A stretch of 64,000 nt of DNA from contig OZ255721.1 in assembly GCA_965277285.1 (NCBI GenBank), positions 544,001-608,000 on the forward strand, read 5' to 3'. Position numbers and translations under genes: made by a program. The notes under the pieces are model-generated. The model was not told the DNA's origin. It saw nothing but the letters and a program-made list of their open reading frames with translations, and searched no databases. Source of the stretch: Abditibacteriaceae bacterium (GTDB lineage Bacteria; Armatimonadota; Abditibacteriia; Abditibacteriales; Abditibacteriaceae). The stretch's first letter is position 1. Each line of letters opens with the position of its first letter. Shown here one piece after another: positions 10,356 to 22,100 of the stretch.

Positions 10356-10563
10356 AAAGCCCCATGAATAGGACTGCACTGAGAAACAGTTTGCAAACTC
10401 CACAAAACGCTCTAAAAGCGAGATTTTGTCATCCTGAGCGCAGCGAAGAATCTATATCATAAGTCAGATTCTTCGCTGCGCTCAGAATGACAAAATGCAG
10501 GTTTCCAGCGTTGTTTTCTACTTTGCAAACTGCTTCTCAGTGCAGCCCCATTCATGGGGCTTT
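10356..10563. repeat. Nested long inverted repeat (42-bp arms, 39/42 matching) enclosing a GTCAT(C/T)CTGAG REP pair (10423-10496)
   Basis: aaagccccatgaataggactgcactgagaaacagtttgcaaa ... tttgcaaactgcttctcagtgcagccccattcatggggcttt. Confidence 0.88.
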
Positions 10564-10630
10564 GAAACTCAGCCCGTTGCTTCAGCGGTGGGTGCCATCG
10601 GTACCCGACAATTTAAGATAAAGAACGTGA

Positions 10631-10881
10631 ACGACGAGTAAAATTTACTGGACGCTAAGTGAAAACGACTGGACAGCGAGTAAAAACTACTCAACATTGA
10701 ATGAAATTGACTCGACGACGAGCAAAAACATTTAGCGACAAGTGCACTTCACTCAACATCAAGCAAAATTCACTCGCCTCTGAATAAAAAATACTCAAGC
10801 GCCAGTGATATTCACTCACGGATGAGTGAATTGCGCTCAACGCCAGAGGAAAAAAACTCAATCTCCAATGAAATGCACTGG
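10631..10881. repeat. Degenerate 21-bp tandem array, about 12 units
   Basis: Units such as acgacgagtaaaatttactgg, acagcgagtaaaaactactca, acatcaagcaaaattcactcg, agcgccagtgatattcactca; unit 5 is 20 bp. Confidence 0.8.
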
Positions 10882-11043
10882 GCGTTAAAACAAGTTGACG
10901 AATCGAGTACTCGATTTATCTGACTGATGACGCACAATATTTGGAAGTCTATAAAAGCTAAATCCGTGTTCATCCGTGCCGTTATCCGTGACGGCGCAGC
11001 CGCCGTGTCCTGATTCCTCAACGATCATCAATCCTATTTTCTT

Positions 11044-12264
11044 ATGCCGACTGAAATTGAACGCCGCAAAACACCCGAAGAATGGCTCGAACACGCGCAG
11101 CGTGAGGAACGCGCCGAGCGATTGGCGAGTGGCGCCATCATCGACGGCGAAAGCGACGAACTGTTGCCCGATGAAGAAGACGAGTGGCCGCAAAAAGGCC
11201 GCTTGAAGATTTTTCTGGGCTTTGCGGCGGGCGTCGGCAAAACCTACAAGATGCTGGAAGAAGCGCGCCGTCGCCGCGACCGTGGGCAGGATGTCGCCAT
11301 CGGCTACATCGAAACGCACAAGCGGCGCGGAACGGAAGAACAATTGGGCGATCTGGAGCTTATTCCGCGCAAGAAAATCGAATACCGCGGCGTCGTGCTC
11401 GAAGAAATGGACACCGACGCCATTCTCGCGCGCCGCCCGCGCTTGGTTTTGGTCGATGAACTGGCGCACACCAACGCGCCCGGCAGCGCGCGCGAAAAAC
11501 GCTGGCAAGATGTCGATGTCTTATTGAACGCGGGCATCACGGTTTTATCGACGGTGAACGTGCAGCACCTGGAAAGCCTCAACGACACGGTTTTCGATAT
11601 CACCGGCGTGCGCGTGCGCGAAACCATTCCCGACCGCATTCTGCGCGAAGCCGATGAAGTCACCATTGTCGACATCACGCCGCGCGCGCTTATCAATCGC
11701 TTGAAGCGCGGCGATGTTTACAAGCCGGATAAAGTCGAACAGGCTTTAAGCAATTTTTTCCGCGAAGGGAATTTGGGCGCTTTGCGCGAGATCGCTTTGC
11801 GCGAAGTGGCGCGCGAAGTGGACGACGATGTTTCGGCGTATCGGCGCGAGAAAAACATCGAGCAGCATTGGCAGACCGGTGACCGCATTCTGGTTTGCCT
11901 CAGCCCGACGCAGGAATCGTTGCGTTTGCTGCGTCGCGGATGGCGTATCGCGCAACGCTTGCACGCCGACATCGTGGCGGTTCACGTCGCCACGCATCCG
12001 CCCAACGAAGAAGAACGAAAAGTTCTGCACAACGATTTCGCGCTTGCCGAACGCCTGGGCATTTTGGTTGTGACGCTGCACGGTCCCGTTTCCGACGAAC
12101 TGATTCGCTATGCCAGCGAAAACGAAATCACGCAAATTGTCATCGGCCATTCCAGTCGCTCGCGCTGGCAGGAATTGTGGAAAGGCTCCATCATCAACCG
12201 CCTGACGCGCGTCTTGCGCACCGTTGATATTTTAATCGTCACCGAACCGCAGGAAACGAAATAA
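11044..12264 (+). CDS. kdpD: Stand-alone KdpD N-terminal sensor domain + universal stress protein domain (no TM, no kinase)
   Basis: KGRLKIFLGFAAGVGKTYKML, LVDELAHTN, KRWQDV, TVNVQHLESLND, VRETIPD; C-terminal Usp (ILVCLS, IVIGHS). Confidence 0.88.
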   Translation: MPTEIERRKTPEEWLEHAQREERAERLASGAIIDGESDELLPDEEDEWPQKGRLKIFLGFAAGVGKTYKMLEEARRRRDRGQDVAIGYIETHKRRGTEEQLGDLELIPRKKIEYRGVVLEEMDTDAILARRPRLVLVDELAHTNAPGSAREKRWQDVDVLLNAGITVLSTVNVQHLESLNDTVFDITGVRVRETIPDRILREADEVTIVDITPRALINRLKRGDVYKPDKVEQALSNFFREGNLGALREIALREVAREVDDDVSAYRREKNIEQHWQTGDRILVCLSPTQESLRLLRRGWRIAQRLHADIVAVHVATHPPNEEERKVLHNDFALAERLGILVVTLHGPVSDELIRYASENEITQIVIGHSSRSRWQELWKGSIINRLTRVLRTVDILIVTEPQETK

Positions 12265-12436
12265 TGGTTAGATTTTGGGTCTTTGGTCTTGGGAATTCAG
12301 TACTCGATTTTCCCTTTCTCTATTTTCGATCCGTGAAAATCCGTTTAATCCGTGTAGCGAAGCTCTGTGTTCTAATTTCTAAACCTTCGTCACAATTTGC
12401 TTGCGCGTGGCTTATTCAATAACAGAAAATCAAACC

Positions 12437-13240
12437 ATGAAAATCATTCGTTATCAGAACGCGCAGGGCGAAGTTCGTCTCGCCGCGCAAGGATCAGACG
12501 GAACTTTCGACCTCGAAGGCGACTTGTTCAACGAGTACTCGATTTCGCAAACACCACCGCAAATCGACAAACTTTTGGCGCCAATCGTACCGTCCGCCCT
12601 TTTGTGCATCGGCTTGAATTATCGGCAGCACGCGGCGGAAACGGGCGCTAAAATTCCCGATGTGCCGATTTTATTCATCAAAAACCCCGCCGCGCTGCAA
12701 AACCCGAACGATCCGATTTTGTTGCCTCGTCATCTGCGCAGTGACGAAGTCGATTATGAAGGCGAACTGGCGGTCGTTATCGGCAAAAAGTGCAAAAACG
12801 TGTCGCGCGAACAAGCGCTGGACTATGTTTTGGGTTACACCTGCGGCAACGATGTCAGCGCGCGCGACTGGCAGAAAAAGTGGGGCGGCGGGCAGTGGAG
12901 TCGCGGCAAATCCTTCGATACCTTCGCACCGCTGGGGCCGTGTTTAGTCACGCCAGACGAGATTCTCAACCCGAATGCGCTGAACCTTAGAACTCTGGTG
13001 AACGGCGAAATTGTGCAGCAGGGAAACACGGACGACATGATTTTCGATGTGCCGACTTTGATCGAGTTCCTCAGCGGCAGCACGACCTTGCTCCCCGGAA
13101 CCGTCATTTTAACCGGCACGCCGCACGGCGTCGGCATGGCGCGTAACCCACCGCGCTGGCTCCAGGACGGCGATGTCGTCACGGTTGAAATCGAAAAAAT
13201 CGGTGCGCTGACCAACGTGGTGCAAGACGAAGTCATTTGA
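12437..13240 (+). CDS. Fumarylacetoacetate hydrolase family protein
   Basis: CIGLNY, DYEGELAVVIGK, NDVSARDWQ, GKSFDTFAPLGP, TGTP motifs. Confidence 0.95.
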   Translation: MKIIRYQNAQGEVRLAAQGSDGTFDLEGDLFNEYSISQTPPQIDKLLAPIVPSALLCIGLNYRQHAAETGAKIPDVPILFIKNPAALQNPNDPILLPRHLRSDEVDYEGELAVVIGKKCKNVSREQALDYVLGYTCGNDVSARDWQKKWGGGQWSRGKSFDTFAPLGPCLVTPDEILNPNALNLRTLVNGEIVQQGNTDDMIFDVPTLIEFLSGSTTLLPGTVILTGTPHGVGMARNPPRWLQDGDVVTVEIEKIGALTNVVQDEVI

Positions 13241-13437
13241 AAAGGTAGAGGATTTCAGGCGTTGTTAAAGCGACATACACCAGGATTCATGCTGATTATG
13301 ACGAGGCGCGTTGGTCAAAGGAGCGCCGTTGATTAACCACAGAAAACAAGCGCAAGCGAACAAGACGTTGCACTGAAAGCCCGTTATCGAGTACTCGATA
13401 AAGCTTTACTTAATGTATAAGTTAAAATCTGAAAGGT

Positions 13438-14010
13438 ATGACAACGGAAGAAATAACAAAAGAAAACTACATTTCAATTATCAGCAACACAAAGCAGAGG
13501 AAAAGACTTCTTGCCGCCTTGAAGCGCGAAGAAGGTTCCTCTTTGCCGCTCATAAACCACTGCGACCAAATTGGTCAAGCTTGCGTTGCGACACCAGAGC
13601 AATTGCGCAATGCAGTTCGTATTTTGATGAAGCTAAGTTGGCGCGCAGGTGCATCGGATCATTTGTTGTCACCGCTGGTATTTCATCCTCATATACCCGA
13701 AGATGCACTGGCCGATTTGCTCGATAAGAACAGATGTCTTGTCGATTTGATTCATCGATCTGGGCCATTGTGGTTGCTTGAGCGTTTGGCGGAGAAAGAA
13801 CCTGATTGCGAAGCAGTGACGACTTTGGCTTTGAATTATTACAGCCAGGATGAATACTCAATTGAACAGTTTGCTGAGTTTCTTCAAGCTCACCAAGAAG
13901 ACGAAATTCTCAACTACGTCTTAACGCGCACGCATAAATTGTCGCCAGAAAAGTGGGCGGTCGTTTATACGATGTTTGGCGAAGATAACCGACAGCAAAG
14001 AAACCGATGA
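13438..14010 (+). CDS. Hypothetical protein (AT-richer than flanks)
   Basis: 190-aa ORF with SD gaaagg; no recognised motif. Confidence 0.65.
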   Translation: MTTEEITKENYISIISNTKQRKRLLAALKREEGSSLPLINHCDQIGQACVATPEQLRNAVRILMKLSWRAGASDHLLSPLVFHPHIPEDALADLLDKNRCLVDLIHRSGPLWLLERLAEKEPDCEAVTTLALNYYSQDEYSIEQFAEFLQAHQEDEILNYVLTRTHKLSPEKWAVVYTMFGEDNRQQRNR

Positions 14011-14061
14011 AATACGTCGCGTTTAGCGTAAGACATATAAAGACGTGCAAATTGGACACGA

Positions 14062-14099
14062 CAAAGCGCCTCAATCGAGTACTCGATTGAGGCGCTTTG
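14062..14099. terminator. Perfect 38-bp palindrome centred on ATCGAGTACTCGAT; probable bidirectional terminator after rpoC
   Basis: caaagcgcctcaatcgagtactcgattgaggcgctttg between convergent genes. Confidence 0.75.
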
Positions 14100-14115
14100 G
14101 TTTAATTAACAACTT

Positions 14116-17100
14116 TTAAGCGTCGATTGAAAGTCCGTCCAGGTCGCCCAACAAATCTTCTTCCAGCGCCAGATCATCTTCGCTGGGTTCGATTTCTTCG
14201 ACTACGGAATCGTCGCCGCTGCCGCTCAGTTCGCCGACTGAGAAACCGGCGGCTGCCGCTTCGCCCAAATCATCAGCGATGATCGGTGCATCCAACGGGA
14301 AGATGTCGGCGGTGTCAATAGCGAGTCGATCTTTTGGCTTGGCGCGCAACTCTTCGGCATTGATTTCTTCGGGATGCGCTTCGGCATACGCTTTGGCTTC
14401 GGCGTCCTCGAAAACATCAATGCGCATTTTGCGCTGCAAGCCGGTTCCCGCCGGAATCAAACGCCCAATGATGACGTTCTCTTTCAAGCCGGACAACACA
14501 TCGACACGCCCGTGCGTCGCCGCTTCGGTCAAGACTTTGGTCGTCTTCTGGAAACTCGCCGCCGACAGGAACGATTCCGTCGCCAACGCCGCTTCGGTAA
14601 TTCCCAAGAGGACGAAGTCTGCCGTTGCGGGCTGCAAACCTTCGGCTGTGATGCGTTCGTTGATCGCATTCAGCGTCGAGTTATCGACCAATTTGCCCGG
14701 CATCAATTCCGTATCGCCGCCGTCCTTGATGCGACGCTTGCGCAACATTTGACGAACGATGACTTCGATGTGCTTGTCGTTCATCTGGATGCCCTGCGAC
14801 TTATAGACCTTTTGAACTTCCTGCACCAGATATTCCGCGACGCCCTTCAAGCCGCGCCACGCCAATACGTCCTGCGGCCACAGTGGGCCTTTGGTCAACG
14901 TATCGCCCGCCTGCACTTCCTGACCGACGCGCACGTCCAGGTTGCCGCGATACGGAACCGCAAATTCGCGCTGCACCGTGACGTTTGGATGTCCGGCTTT
15001 CTCGATGGAATCGAGCATTTTGTCCGTCACTTCTTGACCAGCGGTCGCCAGAGGCTTGTCGCCTTTGCCGCCCGCTACGTTGCCCGCCAAATAGTGACCG
15101 ACGATTTTGTCGCGTTCGCCGACGTTGGCCGTCGTCTGGATGATAACGCGGCGCACGCCCAACTTGGCGACTTCCAAGTCCATCGAAAGCGTCACGCCCG
15201 TCATCACTTCAGCGCGACCGCCGCCGACAACCGCCACAACCGTTCCTTCCACCGTCGAAGTGATCGCTTCGCCCTTGGGCTTGCGCGCCTCGAACAGTTC
15301 AACAACACGAAGCAAGCCGCCGACAGTCGATTCGAGAACCTTCAAATACTTTTGAATTTCTCGCTTCTGCTGCGTGATATTGCCCTGAATCGTCACCGTT
15401 CCCTTGTTCATATCCGAGCGCAATTCCTGCAACGCTTTCTGGCGCGCTTGTTTCACGTTCGCCACGCCGGTCAGGTTGTTGCCCGACGCGACGCCGCCAA
15501 GGTGGAAGGTGCGCATCGTCAACTGCGTTCCCGGTTCGCCAATAGACTGCGCCGCGATGATGCCGACGGCTTCGCCGGTTTCGACGCGATGATTGGTCGC
15601 CAGGTCGTGACCATAGCACGCGGCGCAAACGCCGTGTCCTAATTTGCAGGTCAAAATCGAACGAATTTTCACTTCGCGCACGCCGGTCTTTTCGATTTCT
15701 TCCGCCGTTTTGCGGTCGATTTCTTCGTTCGCCTTCACCAGTACTCGACCGTCCGCCGACTTGATGGTTTCCAAACTGGTGCGTGAAACCAAACGCTCGC
15801 CCAACGGTTCCAGCGGCATATGAATGCGAATACGCGCATCGCTCGGCCATTCCAGCGACTGAATTTCCTTATACAAATCGGCGTTGATATAAGTCTCGGC
15901 CTCGTACAACGTTTCGCCCGTTTGCGGATGCTTCACGGCATCGGCCAGGCGACGACCCAGCAAAACGCGCTCGTTGGTGCGATGCAATTCGTCGCTTTCA
16001 TACACTTCACGAACCGTAATGCCATCGTTGGTGCCGCAATCGTCGGCGCGAATAATGACGTCCTGCGACACGTCCACCAGGCGACGCGTCAAATATCCGG
16101 CGTCCGCCGTGCGCAAAGCCGTGTCCGCCAAGCCTTTGCGCGCGCCGTGCGTCGACACGAAGTATTCGTGCAAATCCAAGCCTTCACGGAAGTTCGACTT
16201 CACCGGCAAGTCTTCGATCATTCGGCCCGAAGGGTCTTGCATCAAGCCGCGCATTCCCACGATCTGCTGAATTTGCTTGACCGAACCGCGCGCGCCCGAC
16301 GTGGCCATCATATAGAACGGGTTGAACTTGTCCATCGCCGCCAAAACGTCTTGGCCGACATCTTCCGCCGCTTTAATCCACGATTGCAGTACTCGACTTT
16401 CACGTTCCGGCCCCGTCATCGTCAACGGATCGTTGATGTATGCGTTGTTGATGCGCTTCACGTTGGCTTCAGCCTTCGCCACGATTTCGTCACGCTTCGA
16501 GACGACATCAATGTCGGACAACGAAATCGAAATGCCGCTCTTCGTTCCATACTTAAAACCCAGCGCCTTGATGTCGTCGAGGAACTGCACGCAACGCTCG
16601 TTGCCCATTTCGGCGTGAATCTTCACGATCAGGTTGCCAATCGTTTTCTTGTCAATCGGCGCGTTGATGAACTCCAATTCTTCGGGCAAAATCTCGTTGA
16701 AGACCAAACGCCCGGGCGTCGTCGTCAATCGAGTACTCGATTGCTCTTTGGTGCCCTTTTTGATGGTGCGACGAACCACCATCAAATCCTGCATCCCGAC
16801 GCGACCGCTGTCATATGCCATCGTCGCTTCTTCCACGTTGGCGAAGTGCGGCAAAGCGTGCAACTCCTCTTCGGAAAGCTGCGCTGCGGTTTTGGTGTTC
16901 TTCTTTTGCATCGTCAAGTTGTAGCAACCCAACACCATGTCATACATCGGCGCCATCGCTGGAGCGCCATCGCGCGGCGAAAACAGGTTATTGGAAGACA
17001 ACATCAAGATGCGCGCTTCGGCCTGCGCAGCCGGAAACAACGGAACGTGAACCGCCATCTGATCGCCGTCAAAGTCGGCGTTGAAAGCCGGACAAACCAA

Positions 17101-18831
17101 AGGATGCAACTGAATCGCCTTGCCATCGACTAACTTCGGCTCGAACGCTTGAATTCCCAAGCGGTGCAACGTCGGCGCGCGGTTCAACATGACCGGATGG
17201 TGCGCGATGACTTCTTCCAAAGCGTCCCAAACTTCCGGCTTCAAGCGGTCGACCATGCGCCTTGCCGTTTTGATATTGGTCGTGAAACCTTTCTGCACAA
17301 GGCGTTTCATCACGAACGGCTTGAACAATTCGAGCGCCATTTCTTTGGGCAAACCGCACTGATCCAAACGCAATCCGGGGCCGACGACGATAACCGAACG
17401 ACCGGAATAATCGACGCGCTTGCCCAACAGGTTTTTGCGAAAACGGCCTTCCTTGCCCTTCAACATATCGGACAACGACTTCAAAGGACGACCGCTCGAG
17501 CCCGTGACAGGACGCTGACGACGCGTGTTGTCGATCAGGGCGTCGCACGATTCCTGAAGCAAACGCTTCTCGTGGTTGATGATGCTTTCGGGCGCTTTGA
17601 TTTCCGTGATGCGCTTCAAGCGGTTGTTGCGGTTGATGATGCGACGATAAAGATCGTTCAAGTCGGATGTCGCAAAGCGTCCGCCGTCCAATTGAACCAT
17701 CGGGCGCAATTCCGGCGGCATGACGGGAACGGTTTCCAAAATCATCCACTCGGGACGGTTCTTCGATTTGCGAAACGCTTCGACGATTTCCAAACGCTTG
17801 ATCAAGCGCAATCTTTTGGCGCCAGTCTGCGTTTCCTGCACTGACTTCTTCAATTCGCGCGAAAGGGATTCCAGGTCAATATCTTCCAGCAATTTCTTGA
17901 CGGCTTCGGCCCCCATTCCGGCGTGAAACAGGTCGTCAAAACCTTTGCCCAGCTTGCGCGTGATGGTTTCCATCAACTTTTGTAAGCCACGATATTCTTT
18001 GTCTTCCAGCAGGCGGCGCTTTTCCAGTTCGGCCAAAAGTCCCAGAGCGTCCGTCAATTCTTTCTTGCGCTCGTCGGCAAATGCGTCGCCGGAAGCGTCT
18101 TCGGCACGCTTGCGCGCCTGCTCGACATCTTCTTTGGTGATGCCTTCGTCTTCTTCGACCAAACGCTGCTGCGCTTCCACATAAACATCAATGGCACGCT
18201 TGCGCTCCAGGTCGCGCGAGTTGTCGATCTCCTGCAACTCGTCGTTCACGGCATCGCGGATGCGCTCGATGTTCTTGGAAATTTTGCCCTGATCGGCGCG
18301 CGTCACAATCCAGTGCGAAAAATACAATGCACGTTCCAGAAAGCGCGGCGACATATCGAGCAAAAGCGCCATCGGCGAAGGCACGCCTTTGACGTACCAC
18401 AAATGCGCGACGGGCGACGCCAATTCGATGTGTCCCATGCGCACGCGACGCACTTTGGCGCGTGTCACTTCGACGCCGCAACGGTCGCAAATAACGCCCT
18501 TGAACTTCGATTTCTTGAACTTGCCGCACGAGCATTCCAAATCTTTGGTCGGGCCAAAGATGCGCTCGCAAAACAAGCCGTCGCGTTCCGGCTTAAAAGT
18601 GCGATAGTTGATAGTTTCTGGCTTTTTGACTTCGCCACGGCTCCACGAACGAATGTCCTGCGGGCTGGCGATGCTGATGCGCAGCAAGTCAAACGCGGTT
18701 GAGGACAACGCCTGCTTGGTTTCCTTGCCGCGCGAATTGCTACTGCGATCCATTTGACCATCGCGTGTGTCGCGCGTCATGCCGGTCGTTTCCATCGGCG
18801 GAACGGTTAAAAATTGTGCTTGATCTGCCAT
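14116..18831 (-). CDS. rpoC: DNA-directed RNA polymerase subunit beta'
   Basis: [10 protein letters not shown], Zn-finger [55 protein letters not shown]. Confidence 0.99.
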   Translation of the reverse strand: MADQAQFLTVPPMETTGMTRDTRDGQMDRSSNSRGKETKQALSSTAFDLLRISIASPQDIRSWSRGEVKKPETINYRTFKPERDGLFCERIFGPTKDLECSCGKFKKSKFKGVICDRCGVEVTRAKVRRVRMGHIELASPVAHLWYVKGVPSPMALLLDMSPRFLERALYFSHWIVTRADQGKISKNIERIRDAVNDELQEIDNSRDLERKRAIDVYVEAQQRLVEEDEGITKEDVEQARKRAEDASGDAFADERKKELTDALGLLAELEKRRLLEDKEYRGLQKLMETITRKLGKGFDDLFHAGMGAEAVKKLLEDIDLESLSRELKKSVQETQTGAKRLRLIKRLEIVEAFRKSKNRPEWMILETVPVMPPELRPMVQLDGGRFATSDLNDLYRRIINRNNRLKRITEIKAPESIINHEKRLLQESCDALIDNTRRQRPVTGSSGRPLKSLSDMLKGKEGRFRKNLLGKRVDYSGRSVIVVGPGLRLDQCGLPKEMALELFKPFVMKRLVQKGFTTNIKTARRMVDRLKPEVWDALEEVIAHHPVMLNRAPTLHRLGIQAFEPKLVDGKAIQLHPLVCPAFNADFDGDQMAVHVPLFPAAQAEARILMLSSNNLFSPRDGAPAMAPMYDMVLGCYNLTMQKKNTKTAAQLSEEELHALPHFANVEEATMAYDSGRVGMQDLMVVRRTIKKGTKEQSSTRLTTTPGRLVFNEILPEELEFINAPIDKKTIGNLIVKIHAEMGNERCVQFLDDIKALGFKYGTKSGISISLSDIDVVSKRDEIVAKAEANVKRINNAYINDPLTMTGPERESRVLQSWIKAAEDVGQDVLAAMDKFNPFYMMATSGARGSVKQIQQIVGMRGLMQDPSGRMIEDLPVKSNFREGLDLHEYFVSTHGARKGLADTALRTADAGYLTRRLVDVSQDVIIRADDCGTNDGITVREVYESDELHRTNERVLLGRRLADAVKHPQTGETLYEAETYINADLYKEIQSLEWPSDARIRIHMPLEPLGERLVSRTSLETIKSADGRVLVKANEEIDRKTAEEIEKTGVREVKIRSILTCKLGHGVCAACYGHDLATNHRVETGEAVGIIAAQSIGEPGTQLTMRTFHLGGVASGNNLTGVANVKQARQKALQELRSDMNKGTVTIQGNITQQKREIQKYLKVLESTVGGLLRVVELFEARKPKGEAITSTVEGTVVAVVGGGRAEVMTGVTLSMDLEVAKLGVRRVIIQTTANVGERDKIVGHYLAGNVAGGKGDKPLATAGQEVTDKMLDSIEKAGHPNVTVQREFAVPYRGNLDVRVGQEVQAGDTLTKGPLWPQDVLAWRGLKGVAEYLVQEVQKVYKSQGIQMNDKHIEVIVRQMLRKRRIKDGGDTELMPGKLVDNSTLNAINERITAEGLQPATADFVLLGITEAALATESFLSAASFQKTTKVLTEAATHGRVDVLSGLKENVIIGRLIPAGTGLQRKMRIDVFEDAEAKAYAEAHPEEINAEELRAKPKDRLAIDTADIFPLDAPIIADDLGEAAAAGFSVGELSGSGDDSVVEEIEPSEDDLALEEDLLGDLDGLSIDA

Positions 18832-18925
18832 ATTCCAATAGCTCCTTGGAAGGCCGAAACCTTCCAGCTACTTGTGTCAAAAACGACTATAAAAACGATT
18901 ATCGAGTACTCGATTGCGGAAGTTG

Positions 18926-19125
18926 AACCGCCAAGACGCCAAGGCCGCCAAGAAAGAAAAGATTGAATCGTCGCAATCCTTTGTCATTCTGAACGTAGAG
19001 AAGAATCTAACTGCAACCAGATTCTTCTCTACGCTCAGAATGACAAAGTGTTACTTTCGAGTACTCAATTTCTTCTTTGTGTCTTTTGTGCTCTTTGTGG
19101 CCATTTTCTCCGCGTCTTGGCAGTT
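18926..19125. repeat. Nested repeat composite in the rpoB-rpoC spacer
   Basis: Outer IR aaccgccaagacgc / gcgtcttggcagtt; inner GTCATTCTGA REP pair 18979-19048; 9-bp-periodic ctttgtg tract. Confidence 0.8.
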
Positions 19126-19128
19126 GAA

Positions 19129-22100
19129 TTATCCGCGCGGCCCGTCCATTTCGTCCTCGACTTCCTTGAGTTCCATCACATTGCCGTCTTCGTCCTCGAC
19201 TTCGACTTGCAACGCCAAACTTTGCAGTTCCTTCACCAAAATCTTGAACGATTCCGGCACGCCAGGCTCCAGAACGCTGTCGCCCTTGACAATTGATTCA
19301 TAAGTTTTGACGCGTCCGGCCACGTCATCCGACTTGATGGTCAGAATCTCTTGCAGCGTGTGCGCCGCGCCATAAGCTTCCAGCGCCCACACTTCCATTT
19401 CGCCGAAACGCTGACCGCCGAACTGCGCTTTGCCGCCCAAAGGCTGCTGCGTGACCAACGAGTACGGGCCAGTCGAGCGCGCGTGGATTTTGTCTTCGAC
19501 AAGGTGATGCAACTTCATCATGTAAACCTGGCCGATAGCGACCGGCTGCTGAAACGCTTCGCCGGTTCGTCCATCGCGCAATACGCATTTGCCGGTTTCC
19601 GGGTCGTAACCAGTTCGCGTCATCGTAATATCGCGTACTCGTTGCGCGATCAGGTCGGCTTTGCGATTTTTGTCGCTGCGCCCGAACTCCTCGCTCGGCG
19701 TGCCGGTTTGCTCGCCCAACTCGTTCAACTGCTCGTCGTCCAGCTTGCTCAAAACATCGGTCAACTGGCGCGAAATCGTGTCCAGTTCCGCCGTTTCGTC
19801 GGCTTCAACGTTCAAGTTCATCTCGGTCGAAATGTAGTTAAGCATCGTCGTCGCGCGAAGCTGTTCGGCCACGCGTCGCATTCCATCATACAATTCCGGT
19901 TCGCGCGCGCCGTCGAAAATCGGGTTCTCGAACTCGGTTCCGAAATGCTTGCCGATCATGCCCAAGTGCATTTCCAAAATCTGCCCGATGTTCATGCGCG
20001 AAGGCACGCCCAGCGGATTCAAAATGATGTCGATTGGCGTTCCGTCCGGCAAATACGGCATATCGGCTTCGGGCAAAATCGTCGAAACAACGCCCTTGTT
20101 TCCGTGACGCCCAGCCATCTTGTCGCCCGCCATAATCTTGCGCTTTTGCGCCACATAAACGCGCACCATCTGGTTGGTTCCGGCGCGCAATTCATCGCCC
20201 GGCTGCTTGTCCAAAGGCCCGCCCGTGACCGGACATTCCGGTCGTTCGGGATCATTGACGAAGCTGAAGGTCGCTTCGCGTTGCGCGCGGTCTTCGCCGT
20301 AACCTTCGCGGCGCAATTTGTCGAACAACTGGCGCGAAAAGTATTTGTTGCGCGCGAAAATCTGCACTGCGACAACCGTTCCCTTTTCGCCGTGTGGCAT
20401 CCGCAAGGACGCATCGCGCGATTCTTCGGCTTTCTTACCGAAAATCGCAATGACCAGGCGCTCTTCCGCTGACAGTTCGCCTTGAGACTTGGGCGCGATT
20501 TTGCCGGAGAGAATATCCTGCGGCAAGACTTCAGCGCCAACGCGGATGATGCCGTTTTCGTCTAAATTCTTCAACTGGTCTTCGCCGATGTTGGGAATAT
20601 CGCGCGTGATTTCTTCAGGCCCCAACTTGGTATCGCGCGCTTCCACTTCGTATTTCTCGATGTGAACGCTGGTCAGCGCATCTTCTTTCGAGACACGCTC
20701 GGAAAGAATAATCGCGTCTTCGTAGTTGTAGCCTTCCCACAACGAGAACGCGACCGTCATATTGCGACCCAAAGCCAGTTCGCCGTTCTTGGTCGCCGGG
20801 CCATCGGCAATCGCTTGTCCCGCGAGTACTCGATCGCCCTTGGAAACAATCGGTTTCTGGTGAATACATGTCGCCTGGTTGCTGCGAACGAACGTGCGCA
20901 AAGGATGATAAAACTCTTCGCCGTCATAGCTTTTGACCGCGATTCCCTTCGCCGTCACATCCGTAACAACGCCGTCCACATCCGAAGTCACAGCCGCGCC
21001 GCTGTCCAACGCGCCACGCTTCTCGACGCCGGTTTTTACCAACGGCACTTGCGGACGAATCAGCGGCACCGCCTGGCGCTGCATGTTGGAACCCATCAAA
21101 GCGCGGTTGGCGTCGTCGTTTTCCAGGAACGGAATCATCGCGGTCGCAACCGAAAACACTTGCAACGGCGACAAATCCATAAAATCGACTTCCAACGGTG
21201 GAACTTGCGGGTGACTGGTCGCGCGGCGCGATTGCACCAATTCATCGGTCAACGTTCCGTCTTCGGCCACGCCGCCGGACGCGCTGGCGATTGTCGCGTG
21301 CTCTTCGTCGTCTGCCGACAAATACATGATTTCGCTGGTCACTTTGCCATCTTTAACCACGCGATAAGGCGTCAGCAAAAACCCGTATTCATCAATGCGC
21401 GCGTGTGTCGCCAACGAACCAATCAAGCCGATGTTCGGGCCTTCCGGCGTTTCAATCGGGCAAATGCGACCATAGTGTGAATGGTGAACGTCGCGCACTT
21501 CCAACTTGGCGCTCTGACGAGACAAACCGCCCGGCCCAAGAACCGAAAGACGACGCTTGTGCGCCAATTCCGCCAGCGGATTCGTTTGATCCATGAACTG
21601 CGACAACTGGCCGCTACCGAAGAACGAACGAACAGCTGCGGTAATCGGCTTGATCGAAATCACGGCTTGCGCGGTCACGCTTTCACGATCCAGCGATGTC
21701 AAACGCTCACGTGCCACGCGTTCCATGCGCAACATTCCGGCGCGCAACTGGTTTTGCAAGAGTTCGCCGACAGCGCGCACGCGCTTGTTACGCAAGTGGT
21801 CGATGTCGTCCGTTGAGTAACCGCCTTCAGCGCCTTTGTCCAACTCGATCAAGTACTTGATGGCGAAAACAAGGTCGTCCAACGTCAAGGTATGAACTTT
21901 GTCCGGCACATTGCCGCTGATTTTCTTGTTCAACTTGTAGCGGCCAACGCGTCCCATGTCGTAACGCTTCGGGTCGAAGAAGAACGAATTGAGCAGCGAA
22001 CGCGCGCTTTCCTGCGTCGGCGGATCGCCAGGTCGCAAGTTCTTGTGCACTTCGGACAACGCCATCATTTCCATCGTCGTCGAATCTTCTTCGCGCCCGC

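Noticed and set aside
10631..10881. CRISPR array
   Set aside because: Units are contiguous and degenerate with no conserved repeat/unique spacer alternation; no cas genes in the window
10901..10916. Iterated palindrome as parS or an ordinary transcription-factor site
   Set aside because: It does not match the parS consensus TGTTTCACGTGAAACA, and it is too frequent and too often intragenic for a normal regulon
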